A stretch of 64,000 nt of DNA. Source: Octopus vulgaris. Its lineage: Eukaryota. The notes beneath the pieces are model-generated. The model made no database searches, was not told the DNA's origin, and saw only the letters and a list, made by a program, of their open reading frames with translations. The position numbers were made by a program, and so were the translations under genes. Of the stretch, positions 40,270 to 54,492 are shown in pieces; position 1 is the stretch's first letter, and each line of letters begins with the position of its first letter. Location of the stretch: the NCBI GenBank assembly GCA_951406725.2, contig OX597820.1, positions 73,842,001 through 73,906,000 on the forward strand, read 5' to 3'.

Positions 40270-40485
40270 TGTTCCACTGTAGCACTTTCGCTACCTGATC
40301 GTGTCACCACAGCTTATAGTGGTTTTCAGCAAGTCTAGGGCATTTGTTCGTGATATGAGCAATGGTTTCATTCACTCTATCGCAGATGCGGCACAACGGA
40401 GACACTTGCTCATTCCTAATACTGACCTCTCAGTTCGTGACCAAAGCTTGGTCTTGAACTGCCAGTATAGTGCTTTCGGTCTTCT
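40270..40485 (-). mobile_element. Second R4/Dong-like fragment (CCHC knuckle)
   Basis: TESTILAVQDQALVTN..CRICDRVNETIAHITNKCPRLA..HDQVAKVLQW. Confidence 0.75.
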
Positions 40486-40637
40486 TCTTCTTCTTCTTCT
40501 TCTTCTTCTTCTTCTTCTTCTTCTTCTTCTTCTTCTTCTTCTTCTTCTTCTTCTCCTCCTCCTCCTCCTCCTCCTCCTTCTTCTTCTTCTTCTTCTTCTT
40601 CTTCTTCTTCTTCTTCTTCTTCTTCTTCTTCTTCTTT
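40480..40637. repeat. (CTT)n/(CCT)n microsatellite
   Basis: Directly visible. Confidence 0.95.
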
Positions 40638-41218
40638 CGCTTAGGGATATAATGGTGTGCGAATTCAATATCCATGTGGTTCAGAACAAAGCGCCAGTCG
40701 AGTACAGAGCAGTGATAAGTAATTAAAATGACAAAGGAAAACGAATTATATCATGAAGTTCATTATCAATTTTAATAGCTCTCTCTCTATATATATATTC
40801 AATATATTATTTATTTATTGTTCTGGTGTCCTAATAATAAGGCCAGTTTCTTGGTTTCCGTGGTGAATAAGTGACCGAGATCACATCACCCCTGAACGAG
40901 ATACCAGTCTGTTGTAGGCTACATACATAATACATACGTAATACATACGTAATACATACATAAATAGATACATACATACTTACATACATACATACATACA
41001 TAAATAGATACATACATGTATGCATACATACATACATGCATAGATACATACATGCATGCATACATGCATACATACACACATACATACACATACACACAAA
41101 TACCTACCTACTTACAAGCATACATATATACATACATACATACACATACACACACATACATACCTACCTACCTACATACATACATACATACATACATACA
41201 TACATACATACATACATA

Positions 41219-41252
<34 letters not shown>

Positions 41253-41732
41253 CACGCACATGTGTTCAAACTACTCAAATTTTCGTGGAATGTTATGCGG
41301 AGTTCTCAGCTCAATTTAACAAAAACTCACCATTCCTCAGATTGCTGGCTAGATCAAAACTCTGATAATCCATTTCCTTTTATCGTGTATCATAGAAGAA
41401 ATTCTTCGCTTTTATTTTCACCAATGCGAAAATGGTAATATTTTATAATGCCTACAATAGAAATTCTGGGGAGTTTTTTTAAAGTTATACATATTTTATC
41501 CATTCTGTAATTACTGCATAATATACTTGATTATGTGTGTGGAGAGGGAGAAGCGTGTATGTGCGTGTTTAAGGATAATTATAATGAAAGCTTTATTATA
41601 ATTTTAATTATTCATTTATAATGTATAGTAACTCGATCAAAAGTTAATTTTGCTACAATAAAACACGAGACACTGAGTGCGCGCGCAGTTTTATACACAC
41701 AGATGGCAGTGGAAAGAAGTTAAAAAACGTAA

Positions 41733-41793
<61 letters not shown>

Positions 41794-42547
41794 GCATAAA
41801 TAGATAACTTAAGAGAAAATTAAATTGATGCTTAACAGTAAATAAAAAATAATCCAGCAGAAAAATAACTGAAGCTAAATCAGTTAAGCAGTCATGCTAT
41901 ATTCAAACGATCATTTATGAGGTAGGATCCACCTCTGTAGACATTGGACGTAAGCTTGTATAAGGAAGATGAATTTAAACAAAGATATGATAACCCTTCT
42001 TAATCCTTTAGAAACGTAGAAAAGAGAAACAAAGCTATCTAATTAGGCATGTTAACCATATAGAAATGGTAACAAAAGTCTGTGAATTTTGCTTTTAATA
42101 AGTTTATATTAAACTATCTTGATAAAACTGCAGACCATTTGAATATCTCATCTGAGATTTTCGAAACACGCCACTGCTTCAACGAATATTTGTTGAAATA
42201 CTAAAAGTTTATGCCACCGTCTGATTACAAATTAATGTATATGTACCAGAAGATCTGTTTTTTTTTTTCTGCAGCACTCATACTATATCTATGCCCACAC
42301 CTATACCATTCATGTCTCCAAATCAATATGTTCTTTTGTTTCACAGTCTCAATCAATAACACAACTACTTTCTGCTGCCGACGCATTGCACAATATGCGA
42401 TCAAAACAAAATATTCATAGAAAATGATTTCATTATTTTAACTTAATGATTTTCGCTTAAATTCATTATCTCATGACTTTATAAATTTTTTCCTAGATAT
42501 TTTTCTCTGCTCTTAATATTATCAGTTGTTTAATATATTTGATTCAG

Positions 42548-42946
42548 AAGGCGGCAAGCTGGCAGAAACGTTAGCACGCCGGGCGAAATGCTTAGCGGTA
42601 TTTCGTCTGCCGCTACGTTCTAAGTTCAAATTCCGCCGAGGTCGACTTTGCCTTTCATCCTTTCGGGCTCGATTAAATAAGTACCAGTTACGCACTGGGG
42701 TCGATATAATCGACTTAATCCGTTTGTCTGTCCTTGTTTGTCTTCTTTGTGTTTAGCTCCTTGTGAGTAGTAAAAAAATAGGTATTTCGTTTGCCGTTAC
42801 GTTCTGAGTTCAAATTCCGCCGAGGTCGACTTTGTCTTTATTCTTTCGGGGTCGATAAATTAAGTACCAGTTGAGTACTGGGATAGATCTAATCGACTGG
42901 CCCCCTTCCCCAAAATTTCGGGCGTTGTGCCTAGAGTAGAAAAGAA
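42548..42946 (+). mobile_element. SINE family B dimer
   Basis: Head, one unit with junction AAATAGGTATTTCG, second unit with the alternative tail. Confidence 0.85.
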
Positions 42947-43887
42947 TATATTTAATTCAGCTCCTCACTAAACAACCATTACTAACAAGCATGTATTTTA
43001 ATTCTTCAATCTTATAAATTTTAATTAAGTCGAAGGAAATAATTCATCCAAAACAATTTTAACTAATTAATAAGTTACATCTCTAATAATAACACATTGC
43101 CGACCGGCAAGACCGGAAGTTTCGTTCGCCATTGTAAAACACGTTATATGCAGATGTCAAGAGGCATACAACTGGTTGATGCTTATTAATTTGGAGATTG
43201 GTCACATCTTACTTTCAATGAAACATCGAGTCATGCTGTATAACCACTAAAAGCCCTATCATTGTTAAATATTTCACTCAACTATACCTTATTTGTGGAG
43301 TACTCCGATACCTTTTTAGTTCACTTAAACATCTACATTATACATACATAGTACACACACACAATCACATATATATTTATATATACGAATGTTGGTTATA
43401 TATAACATGTACATACCTGACAAGTTTAATCATTATTTAATCTGATTTATCATGTCATTTTACTGAAAAAAATTATTCAGTGCAGTATGTATATCGTAAT
43501 TATATATTTGGAGCGCATAATGCAAACTATTTGTGTAACAAATCATGGTAAGCCAGACAGCCACTTCACAAAAACCAGAGGCAGCTTCAGCCAGAAACCT
43601 GGGGTTTTATTAGTTATCCACACACAAGTCTATGTAACATCCATGATGTGGCAGTTTGTGAATCATTCATTACCTGTTATCCTTCCGAAGTCCATTTAAT
43701 CTAATCAGATTAAGACGTTTTGAACTTAGCAACAAATCCATGACATCCCACATCCACTAAAAGCATTGTAATATATCATTCCCTTACAAATCCTTAACTC
43801 CTTCCTATTTTAGGGATCTGCAACTTCACAAGATACAAAATACTTTTCAAGAATTTCCAAGACCTTTTCTCTCACTCTCTATTTGTA

Positions 43888-44453
43888 TTGGGTTGTCCGG
43901 AAAGTTAGTGCCGATTTTTAAAGGAAAGAAAAAGGTCAATAAATACTTGCTATTACATTTTTAATCAACCAAATATGAACCATTGTGTTGCACAATGCGT
44001 CTCCATCTTTCCTTTAACTTGAAAGTACCCTCTTCCCAGAATTGAGGTGGTTTCATGGCAAATAATTCATCAAGGAATCTTTGTACGTCATCCAAGGAAT
44101 TGAAATTTTTATCATTAAGACTATTCTGCAGATACCTGAATAAATGGAAATCCGATGGAGCAATATCTGGTGAATATGGAGGGTTGGGTAAAACATCCCA
44201 GCCGAGCTGCAGCAATTTTTGTCTGGTTCCCAAAGCATCATGTGCCGAAAATGAACTTTCTTATCTTCCATTTTAAAGGGTTACAGAATTAATACCGGTT
44301 ATAGGAACATAAACCTTCTTCCATGAAAAGATAGCTTAAACTGTGCTCTGGATGGAGGTGTAGTAAAATCCTATTTTATGAACTCAACTATGTTCTAAAA
44401 TAAGTCGAAAGGTAAGCTACTATAAATCGGCACGAACTTCCCGGACAACCCAA
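43888..44453 (-). mobile_element. Internally deleted mariner transposon
   Basis: TA|TTGGGTTGTCCGGAAAGTTAGTGCCGATTT ... AAATCGGCACGAACTTCCCGGACAACCCAA|TA; N-terminus MEDKKVHFRHMMLW joined to C-terminus LGWDVLPNPPYSPDIAPSDFHLF. Confidence 0.92.
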
Positions 44454-44926
44454 TACTTTTACGACTTTCTGTCACAACAGAAACAAAAGCTACACACAGA
44501 CACACGCTTACACGAATACACACACATGCACGCAAACACCTACAACAACAACAAAAACAACAGCAGTAACAACAACGTATCTTAGCAATGTCAATGTTTT
44601 GCAGCTAAGTGGCAGAAGAAAAAGCAACACAAAAAACGAGCACCTTGGCAAGCTTTACATTACTCTATTAAACATTTTTGCAGCTACGGCGATTCGTGGC
44701 GTTAATAATTTCAATTTATAAAGACAATACTGAGGAAATTATTGTCAAATAACAATAAACTCTACTGAAAGAACTAATGAGATTTCATTGTGCATTGTTA
44801 ACTGTAACAATTTCAACAACTATTTTCTTTCATTTTGTTGCTGTTGTTGTGTCTTTCAGGTTTTCTAAAATAAAATATTCCAAGTATGTACTGATATTTT
44901 CTATTCTGATTTATTAAACACTTACT

Positions 44927-45025
<99 letters not shown>

Positions 45026-45189
45026 GCACACACACACACGTACACACACACACAAGCACACACACGCACACATACATACACACACGCGCACACGTATACA
45101 CACACGTGCACACGTACACACACGCTGACACTTAAACGCACATACAAGCACATTGCATTTATATAAATATATATATATATAGGTATATG

Positions 45190-45222
<33 letters not shown>

Positions 45223-45231
45223 ATATATATG

Positions 45232-45264
<33 letters not shown>

Positions 45265-45327
45265 GTATATATATATATAGATATGTATATATATATATAC
45301 ATATAGATATGTATATATATATGTATG

Positions 45328-45390
<63 letters not shown>

Positions 45391-45576
45391 TTAAGTAGTT
45401 GAATGAATTATCTTAGTATGGATAATTCGGTTAACCGATACCTGGGTAGCAAATTCACGTCAGAAAAACACGGTTGAAGCTACATGCCAAGGGCAGAGAT
45501 CACGTGTTTTCGTGTGGAAATTTGTGTGTTTTTTTAATACAAATAAATGAAAGAACTCCATTCTTTCATTTATTTG

Positions 45577-45626
<50 letters not shown>

Positions 45627-45819
45627 CATGTGCTCGCGCACGGTCTCACATTCACATTTCAATATATAAGTGAATATATAAATATACGTCATAATTACTC
45701 TCTAATGAACACAGTTTGGCTAATTAAGTGCATCTCTTTGTTTCTATAAGTTGTTGAATACAGTTTCTATTATTTTTACAACGGGGGCGTTGGTAAAATG
45801 TATCCAATAGTAAACCAGC

Positions 45820-46650
45820 CACAACACTAACAGTTTGAAGAAACCATTGCTGTCCTCTAAAATAAAAGTAATCGTTCGTTGAATAGAAGGCATGTTATAT
45901 AAATAGAAGATGTAATATCTACGAGCTCTCCATTAGGACCAACGTTTGCCACGTTCTCTATGGCCACAATATAAAAAAAAAATTAGATGCGATGATACAG
46001 CCATACAAAATAGATCAGTAGTGCTGGCGATGTATAGTAATGAATACATTGGAAAGAGTTGAAAGATAAACGGATGGCTTAGAAAACAAATTTGCCTTTA
46101 AAAAATTCAGTACGCTGAAGAATTTAAAAGAATATTTGCGATACGTTAACTGTTTTTAGATTGAGAATTTGAAATAAAATAACAGATATATTATTTTCTA
46201 CTCTAGGCACAAAGCCCGAAATTTTTGGAGAGGAGGCCAGTCGATTAGATCGACCTCAGTACACAAGTGGTACTTAATTTATCGACCACGAAAAGTTGGA
46301 AAGCAAAAATCAACCATTGACAGACGAAATACCGCTAAGCATTTCGCCCGGCGTGCTAACGTTTCTGTCAGCTCGCCGCCTTAAAATTACAGATATATCA
46401 AGATGACTTACGCTAACGACAGTAACAAATATACTTTCTTGCAGAGATAGTGAATGTCCACAGATACAGAAAATTTAAGTGGAGAAATTTCTACTGAGAC
46501 AAGCGTTTAAAATCTACTCCCAGAAACAAAGCAATACAGACAGAAATTAAACAGTATTAAAAAAGAATCAATGAGTACAATATATGTCATTAGTCTAGCC
46601 CATAACGCAATGAGGAAGCAATTTTAAACGTAATAGATCTTATGAAGTAA
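45820..46650 (+). pseudogene. Highly decayed PLE reverse transcriptase, interrupted by SINE B (46195-46383, minus)
   Basis: SSPLGPTFATFSM (cf. GSPLGPTFANFYM) at ~45925 and SECPQ at ~46450. Confidence 0.45.
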
Positions 46651-46727
46651 TATACAAAATATATGAAAACACATAATATAGTAGTACCTCGGTTTACAAA
46701 CAACTCTGATCACGAATAAATCGTGCT

Positions 46728-46767
<40 letters not shown>

Positions 46768-46861
46768 TACATTTAAACACAAGAGAAACTACCTTTAACA
46801 GGTAATTTTGCATGCTAGAAGAAGCGGTCAAAAACGACCGAAACCACATTTAAGAGTAATT

Positions 46862-47118
46862 TCGAACCGCTAAGTTACGGGGACGTAAACACACCAGCAT
46901 CGGTTGTCAAGCGAAGTTGGGGAGAGACAAACACACACACACATATGTATATACGACGGGCTTCTTTCAGTTTCTGTCTACCAAATCCACTCACAGTGCT
47001 TTACTCGGCCCGAGGCTATAGTAGAAGACACTTGCCCAAGGTGCCACGCAGTGGGACTGAACCCGGAACCATGTGGTATGTAAGCAAGCTACTTACCACA
47101 CAGCGACTCCTGCGCCTA
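46862..47118 (-). mobile_element. SINE family A
   Basis: Matches the family A head and middle. Confidence 0.8.
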
Positions 47119-47154
47119 TGTGCATATCTGTATATGCATAAATGATTAAATCAG

Positions 47155-47325
<171 letters not shown>

Positions 47326-47361
47326 TATACATACACATCCATACATACATACATACATACA

Positions 47362-47393
<32 letters not shown>

Positions 47394-48465
47394 AGTGTAT
47401 ATATGTAATGATATAACTATTATATGTTTGTATGTTGGATAAATATTATCAGGCGATGGAGTGTGTTTCTCAAGACCGAAGTTAATTACGCAAACACACA
47501 CACATATGTATATACGACGGGCTATATATAGTTTCTGTCTACCAAAGGCTCCTCACAGTGCTTTACTCGAAAAGAAAACAGAAATTTGAATAAATGAAGG
47601 AACACACCCGACCACACACGCACACACACATATACATACGGACGCACGCACACACACACACACATACATATACAGAGACCCTCACTGCATATATACATAC
47701 GTGCATATGCGTTTAATGTGTTTGAGCGTGTATATGTGTATTACGCAAACGATAATAAAACTTACACACGTGAAAGAGAATATACCGATATATACATGCC
47801 TAAATATACTTATGGATATACACAAATTCATCTCTCTTTCTAACATACATACTCTCTCTCTCTCTCTTCATACATGCAAAATACAAACACACACAGACGT
47901 TTATATGAGTTTATATGGGAGCAAGAACGTAGTGTGTCTGGAATCAAATTCATAAACACAGTTGCAAGCATAAATTCACGTTAATATACATATGTTTTCA
48001 TGTGAAAATAAGCCATAAACTACGTTAACAAACCACAGTGTTCTGAGCAACAAAGAAGGAGAATCCGATATTCTAACACATACATACATACATACATACA
48101 TACATACATACATACATACATACATACATACATACATACATACATACATACATACATACATACAGTAAAAATATGCAAGGCTTTTCTCAAGTTTCAAATG
48201 TGAATTTGTGTTAACTACATCCCAAAGATGGAGCTTTGTATCTTTGTTGGAAACCGGGTCCCACACGTGAAAGAGAATATACCGATATATACATGCCTAA
48301 ATATACTTATGGATATACACACATACACACGCACACACACAAACGCGGATGTCTGGTTCATACATGCAAAATATTCAAACACACACAGACGTTTATCCCA
48401 CAGTGAGTTTACCTTGGGAGCAAGAACGTAGTGTGTCTGGAATCAAATTCATAAAGAAGACCGAG

Positions 48466-48520
<55 letters not shown>

Positions 48521-48543
48521 AAACTACGTTAACAAACCACAGT

Positions 48544-48919
48544 AAAAACTAAAAACAAAAGACGAAGACGGGTGTGTAAACAAGATGTATTAGTTTAACG
48601 CTCGGGAAGTGAGAAAGTCTTTTATGTTTCGAGCCTATGCACTTTAACAGAAAGGAACACAGAAATAAACAGGGGGAGAAAATAGAAAATAGAATGAGAA
48701 AAAATATATATGTATACATACCTAAATATATATAGCCACATGTGAATCATTGTCAATTTTTTTCCCTCCTGTATCTGAAGAAGAGTTTTGCTCGAAACGT
48801 AAAACCATCTTTCTTCCCTTCCCTGAGCGTCTGCTAATACTTTGTATCTACCACATCCTCGCGTTGCTGTTTTTATCTTGTGTTTGTTCTTCGTTTTTTT
48901 TGGGGGGGCGGGGTGGATT

Positions 48920-48971
<52 letters not shown>

Positions 48972-49226
48972 AACAGCAGTTTGCAATATTTCACTAGAGG
49001 AAAATTTACAAAAAAAAAACTAAAAACAAAAGACGAAGACGGGTGTGTAAACAAGATGTATTAGTTTAACGCTCGGGAAGTGAGAAAGTCTTTTATGTTT
49101 CGAGCCTATGCACTTTAACAGAAAGGAACACAGAAATAAACAGGGGGAGAAAATAGAAAATAGAATGAGAAAAAATATATATGTATACATACCTAAATAT
49201 ATATAGCCACATGTGAATCATTGTCA
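48544..49226. repeat. 212-bp direct duplication (48544-48755 = 49015-49226) of a PLE-like end
   Basis: The two copies appear identical, offset 471 bp. Confidence 0.85.
48771..48805 (+). ncRNA. Degenerate ultra-minimal hammerhead motif
   Basis: GTAT-CTGAAGA-AGAG..CTC-GAAACGTA-AAAC; stem I decayed. Confidence 0.45.
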
Positions 49227-49350
49227 GAGAGCATTTTAGTTCTTATGTCTAGCAATGTAGGTGTTTCTAACACCCTACTCACATTTAATGACAATATTAA
49301 TTCTGCAAAAATCTTCATAAACTGTTACTCTGAGTTTCATGTTCCCGTTC

Positions 49351-49434
<84 letters not shown>

Positions 49435-49731
49435 GTCCCAAGGTTTGCACAACATTCATGGCACAATTTCACCGTAACATGGTTTATTCTTGGGGCAATA
49501 TTTTTGATTTTATAACATAAACGGAAATACTACTTCGTTATTTCCGTTTCGGTATTTGATTTTCCTATCATTTATATTCATTTCACTTTTCCGGTCATGA
49601 AGTAGACCGTTCAGTAAACAAGCATTTTAATTAGAATTATATACATATTGTGTTAAGTATTTTCGAGATTATATGATAATCTGAAATGTTAAGAAAATCG
49701 ACGTATCTAGAAATGTACTAAATCAACTTTG

Positions 49732-49907
49732 ATTTGCTAATAGGTGCTACAAATTTGTACATGAAGTAGGGAACATGTAAGATATCTCCTATTAGAAATA
49801 ATTCAGAGATTTAAATAACGTTAATTGATTCTCTGAAGAATTTCTAATATTAAATATTTAACATGTTTTCTACTACATGTATAGATTTTTAAGTCCTTTG
49901 AGCAAAT
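49732..49907. repeat. Degenerate AT-rich palindrome (old foldback element?)
   Basis: ATTTGCT/AGCAAAT, TACATGAAGTAG..AACATGT/ACATGTT..CTACTACATGTA, TATTAGAAAT..TTCAGAGA/TCTCTGAA..ATTTCTAATA around TAACGTTA. Confidence 0.55.
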
Positions 49908-50296
49908 GAAACTCGTATAATGGAGAATAAATAATATTAAAAAATTTCTGATCTATTTTGATATTATTACTCCGCAGAAAATATTTTTCAGCATTTACAA
50001 CTCTTATGCATAACTCATACAAATATAACATTCACAGGTGCATTTGGAATACTGAAATAAAAAGATGTGCTTTAAGAGGATACAGCTTGGATTTTAAACC
50101 TAAATCAACATTAAAACAAAAATGGTTCCATAGAATCTGCGAAATCACTCAATATATAAGAGGTAACTATTAGAAAAATTGCTAGAATAATTGATAGGAG
50201 CAGACGATAATTAAAAGATTCTTCAGTCTAACCCAAAGATTAGAAAATCACTATTTTTCAATATCATAACGAGATATATTCAGCAATAGTACTTTG

Positions 50297-50635
50297 TAGT
50301 AAAGATTGTTTGCCAACATAACTTGGCAGTTCTGGTTTTGGACGAATGTTGCTGTAATTTAGCCCCAGGAGACATCGTCTCCAGTTGGCTATACGACACG
50401 ATCTGTGTCCTTATACGACACGATCTGTGTCCTTATACGACACGATCTGTGTCCTTATACGACACGATCTGTGTCCTTATACGACACGATCTGTGTCCTT
50501 ATACGACACGATCTGTGTCCTTATACGACACGATCTGTGTCCTTATACGACACGATCTGTGTTATGGGGCTAAATTACAGCAACATTCGTCCAAAACTTA
50601 GACTGCCATATTATGTTGGCAAGCAATCTTTACTA
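50297..50635. repeat. 71-bp inverted arms enclosing a 22-bp tandem array (7 perfect copies + 19-nt partial, 50390-50562)
   Basis: Unit TATACGACACGATCTGTGTCCT; arms 50297-50367 / 50565-50635. Confidence 0.9.
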
Positions 50636-50957
50636 TATATAACCCTAAGATGTTTGGTAATTTTAAAACACTCATCACGCACGCGTGGTATTATTGTGAA
50701 AAGAGCAGAAGTATTATTTTACCTAAAATATAAAACTCAATATTACAACAGAGCCTTCTCCCAATTATGTATGTATATGTACATGCATTTATGTATGTAT
50801 GTATGTATGTATGTATGTATGTATGTATGTATGTATGTATGTATGTATGTATGTATGTATGTATGTATGTATGTATGTATGTATGTATGCATATGACTAT
50901 ATGTATGTATATGACTACATGTATTCATATATAAATGCGTGCGCATTTATATTTTTA

Positions 50958-51480
50958 TAGGCGCAGGCGTGGCAGTGTGGTAAGATTGCTTCATAATAAC
51001 ATGGTTCTAGGTTCAGTCCCACTGCGTGACACCTAGGGCAAGTGTCTTCTACTATTTTCTCATGCCGACCAAAGCCTTGTGAGCGAATTTGGCAGATGGA
51101 AACTGAAAGAAGCCCGTCGTATATGTATGTATATATGTATGTATGTATGTGAGTGTGTGTGTTTGTGTCTGTGTTTGTTCATTCACCACCGCTTGACAAC
51201 TGGTGTTATATATACATAATATGTATTATTTTCATTTTTGTTTTGTTTTACTCATTGGGCTGCGGCCATACTAGGGTGCCTTGACGTTTGTTTTGGCCGA
51301 ACAAATTGATCCAAGTTCTTAGTATTTTTAAGCCTGGTACATATTTTATTGGTCCCTTTTGCCAAACCACTAAGTTATGCGAACGTAAACAAACCTACAA
51401 CAATTATCAATTAATAGCGAGGGACAAGCATCAGCACAAAGACCACACACACACACATGCCAACATGTACACACACACAC

Positions 51481-51557
<77 letters not shown>

Positions 51558-51715
51558 AATATATATACGACAGACTTCCACGCAGTTTCAGTCTATTGAA
51601 TTCACCCAGAAGGTTTTAGCCGGCCGAGCTCATAGTAGAAGGCACTTGTCTAAATTGCTGCGCAGGGGGACTGAACTGGAAATCACGTGACTACAAGGCA
51701 AGCTTCTTAATCATA
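50958..51715. mobile_element. Two family A SINEs (+ 50958-51207; - 51240-51715)
   Basis: Family A heads and cores on opposite strands. Confidence 0.7.
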
Positions 51716-51849
51716 GAGTGATTGCCTTTGTCAATAGGGTACGAGTATAAAATCTTCAAGAAAAATGTTAAGGTGAATTATAGTTGTAGCTAGAATGTAC
51801 TTGCTTCAAACAAAAGAAATAAAAAGAAACAATTCCAACACGTAGAAGT

Positions 51850-52050
51850 GAACCTCTTCCTTGCGGGCCAGCTTGGGGCATTCTGTAACAATGTGCGTCA
51901 TGTTTCATCCTAAAATCCACATATTCTGCACTTTGCCGACCCTTTCTTCCCATACACATTCTTTGTCGAGATGTTAGTAAGTAATGCTTGATCTTGGGCT
52001 GCTCTAACAAGGCCCTCTGCTACTTATTTCAATTGTTTCCTTTCCAACTA
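51850..52050 (-). mobile_element. R4/Dong-like fragment (CCHC knuckle)
   Basis: EGLVRAAQDQALLTN..KCRICG..ET..HIVTECPKLA. Confidence 0.7.
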
Positions 52051-52184
52051 AGTACAGGATTTTGTTCTACATGCATCCTCAGTGACTTTCGAAAACTCAC
52101 CATACAAAAGTTTCTTTTCAATCTGTTTAACATGTTCTCTTTAAATTTCATTTCTGTCCTTTTCTCCTTGTCTAAACGCAGCGC

Positions 52185-52378
52185 GGTTGCAGAATGCTTA
52201 GCATGATGGACGCTTCGCGGTATTTCGTCTGTCTTTATGTTCTTAGTTCAAATTCCATCGGAGGTCGACTTTGATCCTTTCGGGGCCGATAAATTAAGCA
52301 TCAGTTGCGTACTGAGGTCGATCTAATTGACTGGCCCCCTCCTCCCCAAATTTCAGCCCTTGTGCCTATAGTAGAAAA
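52185..52378 (+). mobile_element. SINE family B
   Basis: GCGGTATTTCGTCTGTCTTTATGTTC..GAGGTCGACTTTG core. Confidence 0.7.
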
Positions 52379-52437
<59 letters not shown>

Positions 52438-52438
<1 letters not shown>

Positions 52439-52972
52439 GAGTGAGAGAGCAGTGCATGCCATGAAAGTGACACTGGGGTAAAATATACGGAGCCCAGTAT
52501 ACCCATCATGACTACCCGTCTGATAAGGGTACACTAGGCACATGCATCACAACCATATGTGCGCGACAGGGTGATCTCATATCAAGATAAACAGCACATG
52601 ACCTTGCAGGTGGGGCCCAGTTAGAATTTTCTTCTGGTCGAGGAGCCCATCCCGCTCAAAAGGTCCCTGAATAAGGGTTGTTTAAGGATGTTGAACAAAA
52701 CACCCATGTTTCCAGAGGTGAATTATTCAAACCCCATAGAATCCCTCTCAACACATGGCTATGATGCTCCCCCACTACTTCTGCTCGTGATCAGAGATGC
52801 ACATATCGTCAGCCACTAAGGGACATGCTCAACTGGTTAAGGTCAAACAACTGACAAGCAAATCTTTGGTATTGAGCAGAATATTTGCTGTAACCCATCT
52901 TTTATACCAAGACAAAACAATGTACTTGATAACACTTCCAATCAGTTAAGATCAGAAGCCATGAGAGCCACT
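52438..52972 (-). mobile_element. Second copy of the ~550-bp (AAT)n-embedded repeat
   Basis: Reverse complement of 28700-29227. Confidence 0.8.
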
Positions 52973-52989
52973 TATTATTATTATTATTA

Positions 52990-53265
52990 TTATTTACTTT
53001 TAATCTGCACGTTTGTTACAATCACTCGCCGAGATACATCCAGCCTCCTAGGGCGAGTGAACAAGGTAATGCAACACATTTAAATTGATAGGAATTTTCT
53101 AAGGATGTGGCAGTACTTGTCAGCGCAATCTTTTGGATTTCTTCGAGACATGGTTCTTCTGGGATATTATCTAGAAGTTTTTAACATCTCTTGTTTATCA
53201 TACCAAAAACATCCACAATAACAGGAACAGTTCTCGCTTTAAGATGCCACATCTTTTGTATTTCA

Positions 53266-53327
<62 letters not shown>

Positions 53328-53500
53328 GTTTTTTCCTACTTTCTTCAAATTTTCTTCCGTTTCTCGCCGAGTGTTTTCCATACACCTAGGGCAGAGAGGG
53401 GCATTGTATGCATTCCCAGATTACACGCGCAAATTCACAGACAAAATAAGTATTTAAAAATGAATAAATAAATTCATGGATGGATGTTATTTTCACAGCG
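52990..53500 (-). mobile_element. R4/Dong-like 3' ends (RLE tail ~52990-53270; 3'UTR 53327-53500 matching 38532-38710)
   Basis: IEIQKMWHLKARTVPVIV..EIQKIAL; UTR TTTTCCATACACCTAGGGCAGAGA shared with ~38580. Confidence 0.75.
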
Positions 53501-53533
<33 letters not shown>

Positions 53534-53686
53534 GTGAATGTACTTTAACTCACACATGCATGTAAGAGAGCAAACACATTCGCGCGCATTATGTAGAGAT
53601 GAATAAGCGAGTCAGTGAATGGTGCTTAGAGTTGTCACTGTGATGTACGTTGTGTATACGCGTGCGAACACACACACACACACACA

Positions 53687-53727
<41 letters not shown>

Positions 53728-54235
53728 ACACATTTGTTTTAGCTGAATATAAGGTGAGGTCATATATGTTCTGTTATGTGAGAGAAAGCAAAACAAATTT
53801 TACAACAGGAAAAACCTTCGTTTTGTTTCTTTATATTTTTTGTCTTCGTATTCCATTTTTGGTGTTTTTCTGTTTTTCTCTCTCTCTCTCTCTCTCTGTC
53901 TTTTTTGAGGGCTTTTCAATCTCATCACAATTGTCTGGTTGAAGTTATTTGGCAAACGACGACGCACAGGATGCGACACCTGAAAACAAGTAGCGGAAAA
54001 TATGTCTGACTATTAATACAACGTACAGACACAACCAGTTAGTAAAAACATTTAGTAATTTTACACCACGACATCATCCACAAAGCTAATATCTATATAA
54101 ATACATATATATACATTTATAGATACGTATATACACATAAACGTGTGTAGGTATGCATGTTTTTATATATGTATGTAAGCATACAAACACTCAGATATAA
54201 AGTGTGTGTGTGTGAGTCTGTGTGTATGTGTGTGT

Positions 54236-54273
<38 letters not shown>

Positions 54274-54412
54274 TTTCTATGTCATAACCGACAAATCGGC
54301 TGTGGTATAGTGTCACAGAAGCCAGCGAATGCCTGTCTCCCGATGTCTTTACGCATTCATGTAACTGTGAAAGTATGCTTGCGTGCGTGCGCGTTTGACG
54401 CAGACAGAAAGA

Positions 54413-54492
<80 letters not shown>

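Noticed and set aside
46815-46850. CTAGAAGAAG-CGGTC..GACC-GAAAC hammerhead-like remnant
   Set aside because: Stem II only; stems I and III not recoverable. The same holds for remnants near 26850 and 58670.
50390-50562. CRISPR-like array
   Set aside because: Units are contiguous with no spacers, there are no cas genes, and the context is eukaryotic.
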